Below, one piece after another: positions 9,683-15,979 of a stretch of DNA of 15,979 bases (the first letter of the stretch is position 1; each line of letters opens with the position of its first letter). The notes below the pieces were generated by a model. That model searched no databases and was not told where the DNA came from. It saw nothing but the letters and a program-made list of their open reading frames with translations. The stretch spans positions 1 to 15,979 of the forward strand of contig JANLWX010000003.1 in the NCBI GenBank assembly GCA_031364845.1, in the 5' to 3' direction. Source of the DNA: Candidatus Eiseniibacteriota bacterium. GTDB lineage: Bacteria > Eisenbacteria > RBG-16-71-46. Made by a program: the position numbers and the translations under genes.

Positions 9683-9756
9683 GAAGACCTTTCGAACGGA
9701 GAAGAACCCGAGCGCCGGTGGAGCGCCGACGAACGGCGAACGCTAACAGCCGCGCA

Positions 9757-11763
9757 TCACTTGGGCAAATTCAGGGTCGGTGAAATGCCGAGCTCCTGCT
9801 CGAGTGCCGCCGCCCGGCCATCGCTCGCATCCGGCAGCGCGCGTGCCGCCGCGAGCGCTCGGTCGCGCGCGGCGGCATCGCCCGCGCGATGCGCCGCCGT
9901 TGCCAGTCTCAGCCATCCTTCGTAATAGCGCGGATCGGTGCGCACCGTCGCCGAGAATGCGTCGCGAGATTTCGCCCACTGCCCTGTGATCTGGCAGGCG
10001 ACTCCGAGCGCAAAGGACACGCTCGCATCATCGGGATGCCATTGCATCGCGCGCTCGAGGAACGGAATCGCGCGCTCGGGTTCGCTTCTCAGCATCAGCA
10101 CCTGTCCCCAGATGCCTTCGACCGCGGGATCGCCCGGACTCTGGACCATCATGCGCTCCAGTTCGGGCACCGCCTCGTCGAGACGCCGCAACCGCATCAG
10201 TGCCGTCACCCGCAGCAATTGCGCCTGGGGATTCGCCGGATCGATCGCGAGCGCGCGTGACGCCTGCGTGAGCACTCCGTTCCAGTCGCCATGGCGGAAG
10301 TACACGACCGCGCGCGAGGCGTGCGTTTCGGAAAGCCGCGGATCGAGACGTTCGGCGATCACCAGCTGTTCGAGTGCCGCCGCTTCGTCGCCGCGTGCCG
10401 CGAGTTGGTTCGCATAGCCGATGCGCGCGCGCGCGTTCTCGGGTTGGACGACCGTCATCGCGCGAAACATCGTGAGGTCGTCGCGCCATTCGGGAATCAG
10501 CCGCCACGTCTGCCATGCGCTTGCCGCCACCAACACGATGGCGACCGCGTAGGCGGCGCGGGTGGCGGTGACGCCGCGGCGCGCGAGCGCGGCGAGGGCG
10601 AGCGCCATCAGCATCGCCGCTCCGATCGAAGGCAGATACAGCAGCCGCTCGGCGAACGTGAGATACGCGCGCACCCACGCGAGCCCCGCGACCATCATCA
10701 GCGGCAGCACGAACACCGCGACCGGCACCGCGGCGGCGGAGCGCCGCCACGCGAGCCACGCGGCACCCGCAAGTGCGATGAGCGTGACGGGAATTCCGAT
10801 CAGCACCGAGCCGGCCGCGGGACCGGAAGGCAATTGAAGCGCGATGTCCGGCGAATGCGGATACCACGGCCACAGCATCGCGAAGTAGTGCGGCAACATG
10901 ATCCATCCCGCCCATCGGATCAGCCCCGAGGTCGCGGTGTCGATGAACGGCGGAGTCGTCCAGCGCGAGGACAGCACCTCGTGGACGATCACGAACGCGA
11001 TCGAAACCGCGACGTACGCCGCGATCCACCGCGCCGAAACGCGCGCATCGAAGCGGGCGCGCTCGGTCCATTCGGCGATCGCCACCACCGCGAGGAACGG
11101 CAGTGCGGCCTCCTTGCTCAGCAGCGCGAGTCCGAGCGCTGACGCCGCCATCACGCCCGGCCACGCGCGTCCGGCGCGTCGCGCGCGCCGATCGAGCACG
11201 AGCGCGAGTGCAAAGCCGAGTGCGGCCATCACGTCGGTGCGGCCGGAGATCCACGCGACGTTCTCGACGTGCGCGGGCATCGCCGCGAACCACGCGCCCG
11301 CGAGGAACGCCGCGATCCGCGGCGCGCCGGCGAGGCGCGCGAGCCACACGACCGCTGCACTGGTCGCGGCATGGAACAGCAAGTTGACCGCGTGAAAGCC
11401 CCACGGCTGCCACTGGAACACGCGGCCGTCGATCCAGTAGCTGAGCACGACCAGCGGGCGCCACATGCCGGAGTTGCGTCCGCTCGCGCGCCAGAAGTCC
11501 GAGGTCAGCAACTGCACCAGCCAGCCGTCGCGGCGCAGGAACGGGTTCGCGCGGATCAGTTCGTGATCGTCGCGCACGAACTCGTAGCCGAGGCTCGGCA
11601 GATAGAGCGCGAGCGCGATCAGCGCCACCCACAGCTCGGGTTGCATCCACAACGGTGTCCCGGCGGGCGCGTGCGCCGCGGGAACGTCACCGTGTCCGGG
11701 CACCGCACCCGGTGAAACGATCGCCCGGCGGGACGAGCCCGCCGGGCGGCGTGGGTTCTTCAA
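9757..11763 (-). CDS. TMTC-like membrane GT-C glycosyltransferase with C-terminal TPR repeats
   Basis: FVRDDHELI (DD motif in the first loop), SDFW, WRPL, GFHAVNLLFH, HVENVAWISGRTD, LLSKE, AERLLYLPS and WRDDLTMF, followed by several TPR-like units (ALAIDPAN, AMQWHPDD, VRTDPRY). Start uncertain: TTG 11763 has SD GGGAG; alternatives are GTG 11703 and ATG 11646. Confidence 0.85.
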   Translation of the reverse strand: MKNPRRPAGSSRRAIVSPGAVPGHGDVPAAHAPAGTPLWMQPELWVALIALALYLPSLGYEFVRDDHELIRANPFLRRDGWLVQLLTSDFWRASGRNSGMWRPLVVLSYWIDGRVFQWQPWGFHAVNLLFHAATSAAVVWLARLAGAPRIAAFLAGAWFAAMPAHVENVAWISGRTDVMAALGFALALVLDRRARRAGRAWPGVMAASALGLALLSKEAALPFLAVVAIAEWTERARFDARVSARWIAAYVAVSIAFVIVHEVLSSRWTTPPFIDTATSGLIRWAGWIMLPHYFAMLWPWYPHSPDIALQLPSGPAAGSVLIGIPVTLIALAGAAWLAWRRSAAAVPVAVFVLPLMMVAGLAWVRAYLTFAERLLYLPSIGAAMLMALALAALARRGVTATRAAYAVAIVLVAASAWQTWRLIPEWRDDLTMFRAMTVVQPENARARIGYANQLAARGDEAAALEQLVIAERLDPRLSETHASRAVVYFRHGDWNGVLTQASRALAIDPANPQAQLLRVTALMRLRRLDEAVPELERMMVQSPGDPAVEGIWGQVLMLRSEPERAIPFLERAMQWHPDDASVSFALGVACQITGQWAKSRDAFSATVRTDPRYYEGWLRLATAAHRAGDAAARDRALAAARALPDASDGRAAALEQELGISPTLNLPK

Positions 11764-11765
11764 AC

Positions 11766-12154
<389 letters not shown>

Positions 12155-12170
<16 letters not shown>

Positions 12171-12592
12171 AATCCCAGCGCTCGATCGAGCGTTTCGTTC
12201 ACGATCTGGTCGGCACGCGCGTTGCGCTCGCGCCGGACCGCGACGAAGCGTACCACACGGATGCGCGCCGAGGCCGCCTTGGCCGCCGCGTGCAGCGGCT
12301 TCAGCCCTTCGTTCTTCACCCGATACTGCCCGGTCATCTGCCGCACCACCAGTTCCGAGTCCATGCTGACCTCGAGGGTCTCGACGCCGCGCGCCGCGGC
12401 CGCCTCGAGTCCCGCGATCAGCGAGCGGTATTCGGCGACGTTGTTGGTGACAGATCCCAGGTATTCGCCACGCGCTTCGATCTCGTGGTCGGCGGGATCC
12501 GCGAGCACGAAGCCGTAAGCTCCGGGTCCCGGATTGCCGCGCGATCCGCCATCGCAGCGCAGGCGCCATGCGTTCGTCGTGGAGTTGGACAT
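12155..12592 (-). CDS. rnhA: Ribonuclease HI (short type lacking the basic protrusion)
   Basis: DGGSRGNPG, TNNVAEY, DSELVVRQ and RERNARAD supply the four acidic catalytic residues (D-E-D-D). Confidence 0.93.
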
Positions 12593-12597
12593 GGCGG

Positions 12598-14103
12598 CTA
12601 CTCTACGCGTTCGCCGTCGCGCCGCTCAAGGGAGCGCTCCGCGACAACGTGATTCGCATCCGGAACGCTGGAAGGTTCGAGCCATCCCGCCTCTTCGAGC
12701 GTGCGCCACGTGTCGCGTTCGCCGCGCGCGATCAGATCCGCGGCCATGAGCGGATCGAACGACAGCACGCCGCCCGGCAGCGGCAGTTGCGGTTCGACCA
12801 CGCACACCCGCGCCGGTTTCGCGGTGCGGTTCCAGCCCTCGGGCAGGTGCCGCAGTTCGGTCTGGAGATCACGCCAGTTCGCGAGCTCGAGCAGGCGTCC
12901 GCCGAGATCGAGCAGGCTCTCGCGATCGGACGCGAGCGAAGGGCGGTCGCTCGGCGACAGCAGCACGGTGAGCACCGCATCCGCGCCGTCGGCGATCGCG
13001 ATGTGGAGCGGCTGATTCGAAAATCCGCCCGCGTCCACGAAGCTCCGCCCGCCGACGCGCACCGGTTCGAACACGCCCGGAATCGCCGACGAGGCGACCG
13101 TCGCGGTGATCACGTCCTCGGGCGTGCGCAGCGGCACGACTTCGCCGAGTTCGCGATGCACGCGCCGCTCGAACTCACCGCTCGGATCGACCCAGTTGAC
13201 GAAGTGGCACACACGGCCCGAATCGATCGACAGCGCGCTCACGACCAGCCGCGTTTCGCCGCTCACGAGCCGGTCGGGCTTGCCACGCTTCACCAGTTCC
13301 TCGATCACGCGCCGCCGCGCGCGGCTGCCCCACAGCCCGCGACCACCGGTCTCGGGCATCATCGCGAACAGCGTCGTGCGCAACCAGCGCCCGCCGCGCC
13401 CCGGCCAGTTCGCGAGCCAGAACAGCAGCGACACCAGCAGCACGCTCGCGCTGAAGCGATGGGGCCATGGCCAGCCGAAGATCCACACGACCGCGTGCAC
13501 GGTGAATGCGCCCAGCAGCGCGATGCCCGCGCGCCGGTGCAGGCGCTGGGGATCGGCGGCAGGGCCCGCGCGGGCGAGCCAGTCCTCGAGCGGGCGCGAC
13601 AACAGCACGGTCACGATGCCGAGCACCGCGGCGATCGTCCACGCGGTCGCATCGAGGATCGTCGAGACGGTGTCGATCCGCGCGCTGCTGCGGCCCCACA
13701 GCCAGTATGATCCCGACAGTTCGCGCGAGCCGGCGAGCGTCATGATGATCTCGATCACCGCGAGCGCGAACAGCGCGGCACCCATCCAGCGCAGCGCGAG
13801 CGTCACCCAGCGCAGTCCGATGGTCGCGGCACGCATGCGATGCCACGCGGCTTCGAGTGCCGCCGAGCGGCGGCCGTGGGCGACCCACACCGCCGCGTTG
13901 ATCGCGCCGATCGAAACACCGGCCACCAGCGACGGCACGATGCCGAGCGCCTCGATCACCTTGAGTGTGCCGACTTCGTAGGCTCCGAGCGCACCGCCGC
14001 CCGACAGCACGATCGCGATGCGCCGGAATCCCAGATCACGGCGCAGCCGTCTCGAGGACGTAGGGCGCGGGGGCCCGTGCGGCGGAGCCGGCTCCGCGTT
14101 CAG
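12598..14103 (-). CDS. Patatin-like phospholipase with an internal four-helix hydrophobic insertion; start uncertain
   Basis: LSGGGALG oxyanion loop, GVSIG nucleophile, ASSAIPGVF and FVDAGG catalytic Asp. Start placed at CTG 14103, which overlaps the upstream TGA; alternatives are ATG 14214 or GTG 14223 inside the upstream gene. Confidence 0.85.
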   Translation of the reverse strand: MNAEPAPPHGPPRPTSSRRLRRDLGFRRIAIVLSGGGALGAYEVGTLKVIEALGIVPSLVAGVSIGAINAAVWVAHGRRSAALEAAWHRMRAATIGLRWVTLALRWMGAALFALAVIEIIMTLAGSRELSGSYWLWGRSSARIDTVSTILDATAWTIAAVLGIVTVLLSRPLEDWLARAGPAADPQRLHRRAGIALLGAFTVHAVVWIFGWPWPHRFSASVLLVSLLFWLANWPGRGGRWLRTTLFAMMPETGGRGLWGSRARRRVIEELVKRGKPDRLVSGETRLVVSALSIDSGRVCHFVNWVDPSGEFERRVHRELGEVVPLRTPEDVITATVASSAIPGVFEPVRVGGRSFVDAGGFSNQPLHIAIADGADAVLTVLLSPSDRPSLASDRESLLDLGGRLLELANWRDLQTELRHLPEGWNRTAKPARVCVVEPQLPLPGGVLSFDPLMAADLIARGERDTWRTLEEAGWLEPSSVPDANHVVAERSLERRDGERVE

Positions 14104-14816
14104 GACGCGGCGTCGGGAGGAAGCACGAGCAGCCGGCCGCAGCCTTCGCAGATCAGCAGCCGGTCGCGCTTCTTCGCTTCCATCATGAGTTGCGGCGGGA
14201 GCGCGCGGAAGCATCCGCCGCACGCGCCTTTGAGGATCGGGGCCACACCGCGGCCGCTACGCGACTGATGCGCTCGTTCGTAGCGCTGGCGGGTGGGCGC
14301 GCTCAGTCCTGCGAGAGCGGCATCGCGGCGCGCTTCGAGCACACCGGCCTGCACTCGCAGATCGCCTTCCTCTTTCGCGATCCGCGCCTGCAATTCGGCG
14401 AGCTCCGTTTCGGCGGCGCGCAGCAGTTTTTCGATTTGCGGGCGCTCGGTCTCGTTGCGTTCTTCGTCGTCCATCAGGACGAGCACGCGCGTTTCGAGAT
14501 CGGAACGCTTTGCATGAGCCGACGAGATCTCGTGGTTGAGCGCCTGGAACTCGTGATTCGTCTTCACCGCCGCCTGCTGGCCGAGATACTTCTTTTCCTG
14601 CGCATCGACGCCTTCGATCTCGCGCTCGATTTCGCGGCGCTGCTTCTGCAGCGCGGCGAGCATCGCCTGATGCGCCGTCAGTCTCGAACGCTCGGACGCG
14701 ACGGCCTGTTCACGAGCCGCGCGGCGCTGCGGGAACTCGGCGAGCCGCGTCTCGATCGCCGCGACCTCTTCATCGAGCTGCGACAGCAGCCACAGACGGT
14801 CGAGCTCTTCGGTCAT
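14100..14816 (-). CDS. Coiled-coil protein with C-terminal C4 zinc ribbon (DUF164/CT398/HP0958-like)
   Basis: Long E/R/L-rich coiled coil, then CGGC...CEGCGRLL; 238 aa; familiar rpoD-tRNA-zinc ribbon-RNase HI-rnpB context. Confidence 0.9.
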   Translation of the reverse strand: MTEELDRLWLLSQLDEEVAAIETRLAEFPQRRAAREQAVASERSRLTAHQAMLAALQKQRREIEREIEGVDAQEKKYLGQQAAVKTNHEFQALNHEISSAHAKRSDLETRVLVLMDDEERNETERPQIEKLLRAAETELAELQARIAKEEGDLRVQAGVLEARRDAALAGLSAPTRQRYERAHQSRSGRGVAPILKGACGGCFRALPPQLMMEAKKRDRLLICEGCGRLLVLPPDAAS

Positions 14817-14853
14817 GCGCGACCCGCCAGCTCAAAGCGGGCGGCCCCGCGGG

Positions 14854-14887
14854 CAACAGAACGGGGATGCCGCCGTGGCATCCCCAT
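14854..14887 (-). terminator. Probable intrinsic terminator after the tRNA pair (interrupted U-tract)
   Basis: GGGGATGCC (14885-14877), loop ACGGC, GGCATCCCC (14871-14863), then GTTCTGTT. Confidence 0.6.
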
Positions 14888-14904
14888 AGGTTCAACGAGT
14901 TTCA

Positions 14905-14980
14905 TGGTGGGCGGAACAGGGCTCGAACCTGTGACCCCCTGGTTGTGATCCAGGTGCTCTGCCAGCTGAGCTACCCGCCC
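14905..14980 (-). tRNA. tRNA-Val, anticodon CAC, CCA encoded
   Basis: GGGCGGGTAGCTCAGCTGGCAGAGCA-CCTGG-ATCACAA-CCAGG-GGGTC-ACAGGTTCGAGCCCTGT-TCCGCCC-A-CCA; 76-nt cloverleaf with discriminator A73. Confidence 0.92.
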
Positions 14981-15036
14981 CCCCAGAATCATCGTCACCC
15001 GATCTTCGTTGTTGCCCGAGTCGAGACGCGGGCTCA

Positions 15037-15110
15037 TGGGCCCACCTGGATTCGAACCAGGGTCTTACCGGTTATGAGCCGGCCGCTCTGGACCGCTGAG
15101 CTATGGGCCC
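15037..15110 (-). tRNA. tRNA with CAT anticodon, most likely tRNA-Ile2 (lysidine type); CCA not encoded
   Basis: GGGCCCATAGCTCAGCGGTCCAGAGCG-GCCGG-CTCATAA-CCGGT-AAGAC-CCTGGTTCGAATCCAGG-TGGGCCC-A. G1-C72 is paired and the three G-C anticodon-stem pairs are absent, so it is not an initiator. The acceptor stem and the position after rpoD fit Ile2; elongator Met is not formally excluded. Confidence 0.88.
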
Positions 15111-15150
15111 AGCGTGCGGGCACTCAAGTCGGCGAATTCGGAAGCGCCAT

Positions 15151-15180
15151 TGTTTAACACCCGGGCGGAATGAGTGTCAA
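15151..15180 (-). promoter_or_regulatory. Candidate sigma70 promoter for the tRNA pair
   Basis: Perfect TTGACA (15180-15175), then 17-18 nt to the AT-rich TTAAACAAT (imperfect -10), about 40 nt upstream of the tRNA. Confidence 0.55.
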
Positions 15181-15204
15181 CTCACGCGATCGTAAACGGC
15201 GGCC

Positions 15205-15251
15205 AAACGATACAAGAGATGAGGCCCCCGTCCGCGTGAAGGGGCCTCATC
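15205..15251 (-). terminator. Intrinsic terminator downstream of the small ORF
   Basis: Perfect 11-bp stem GATGAGGCCCC/GGGGCCTCATC (15218-15228 and 15241-15251), followed on the minus strand by TCTTGTATCGTTT. Confidence 0.7.
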
Positions 15252-15291
15252 ATCGTGGCTGCGAAGGCATCGGCTGATCGTTGCCGGAGCG

Positions 15292-15537
15292 TTAGCGTTC
15301 GGTGCGCCGCGTCGCGCTCACCAGCGCCCGCAGTCCCGACTTGGCCGTGGTCATGCGGCGCACGCCCGCTCCATCGGCCGGAACCTTGTGCGTCGGGGGC
15401 ATCAGGCGCTCGATGATGTCCGCAGGGATCCGGAAACGCCGCGCTTCCCAGGCAGTCGCATCGCGGGAAACTCCTGCCATCGCCGCCACCACCATCACCA
15501 CGCCGGCCGCCAGTACCCACATCCGCTGATTCCGCAT
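15292..15537 (-). CDS. Hypothetical 81-aa secreted basic protein
   Basis: ATG 15537 preceded by SD GGGGAGGG. Sec-type signal peptide MRNQR-MWVLAAGVVMVVAAMAGV-SRDATA|W. Followed by a terminator. Confidence 0.7.
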   Translation of the reverse strand: MRNQRMWVLAAGVVMVVAAMAGVSRDATAWEARRFRIPADIIERLMPPTHKVPADGAGVRRMTTAKSGLRALVSATRRTER

Positions 15538-15609
15538 GGCACCCTCCCCATCGTGTCGGCACCTCGGTGCCGTGAGCTTCCGTGCCCGCTGTTCCGGGCA
15601 CGCACTCAA

Positions 15610-15634
15610 TACAGGGAGACGGGTCGGAAGTTGG
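15610..15634 (-). promoter_or_regulatory. Possible ECF-sigma promoter for the small ORF
   Basis: CCAAC-N16-TGTA (AAC at 15632-15630, TGTA at 15613-15610) approximates the AAC-N16-CGTA geometry of many ECF promoters. The motif is short and could be chance. Confidence 0.3.
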
Positions 15635-15660
15635 CGCGACCCGGTGTGCCGGGTCGCGCC
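15633..15660 (-). terminator. GC-rich hairpin directly after the rpoD stop (terminator or 3' protective stem)
   Basis: Perfect 12-bp stem GGCGCGACCCGG/CCGGGTCGCGCC with a 4-nt loop, 6 nt after TAA; weak U tail (AACTT). Confidence 0.55.
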
Positions 15661-15666
15661 GTTCCC

Positions 15667-15979
<313 letters not shown>

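Noticed and set aside
9683..9756. GAGCGCCG repeated twice in the spacer upstream of recJ
   Set aside because: An 8-bp GC-rich repeat is unremarkable at this composition; it is not CRISPR-like and has no supporting structure.
8150..9925. 591-aa plus-strand ORF antisense to recJ
   Set aside because: Same antisense shadow pattern, with no motifs.
12179..12192. Perfect 14-bp palindrome CGCTCGATCGAGCG just upstream of the rnpB 5' end
   Set aside because: About one palindrome of this length is expected by chance in 16 kb, more given the CGATCG abundance, and it lies within rnhA codons.
12598..14816. Patatin as a CBASS/CapV-type defence effector
   Set aside because: No cyclase or other defence or mobility gene nearby; the neighbours are housekeeping genes.
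14813..15157. 74-aa and 96-aa ORFs over the tRNA genes
   Set aside because: They are translations of tRNA sequence.
15182..15601. 139-aa alternative-frame ORF over the small secreted gene
   Set aside because: It has no clear SD and runs through the terminator hairpin; the 81-aa frame has an SD, a signal peptide and a downstream terminator.
14817..15660. Integrated element or att site at the tRNA genes
   Set aside because: No integrase and no duplicated tRNA 3' end seen in the window.

Overview
GC-rich bacterial chromosomal segment. Every credible gene is on the minus strand. In transcription order (high to low coordinates): 3' end of rpoD; an orphan 81-aa secreted peptide gene flanked by hairpins; tRNA-Ile2(CAT); tRNA-Val(CAC); C4 zinc-ribbon/coiled-coil protein; patatin-like phospholipase with a multi-TM insertion; RNase HI; RNase P RNA (rnpB); TMTC-like GT-C glycosyltransferase with TPRs; recJ; bifunctional rel; dtd; maf; TMEM260/DUF2723-like GT-C glycosyltransferase; then rplM-rpsI-rpsB-tsf-pyrH (pyrH partial). 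The backbone is housekeeping, and I saw no mobile element, CRISPR array or defence island. The most interesting items are: (i) three membrane enzymes spliced into conserved housekeeping gene strings, two of which resemble the human protein O-mannosyltransferases TMTC and TMEM260; (ii) an rnpB whose P1 helix overlaps the rnhA C-terminal codons on one side and holds the apparent SD of the next gene on the other; (iii) a Maf lacking its signature Glu; (iv) a tRNA-Val with a purine at position 32; (v) the orphan secreted cationic peptide unit. The rplM-rpsI-rpsB-tsf order suggests an FCB-related lineage, but that is inference only. All family calls come from motif recognition by eye; no database search was run.
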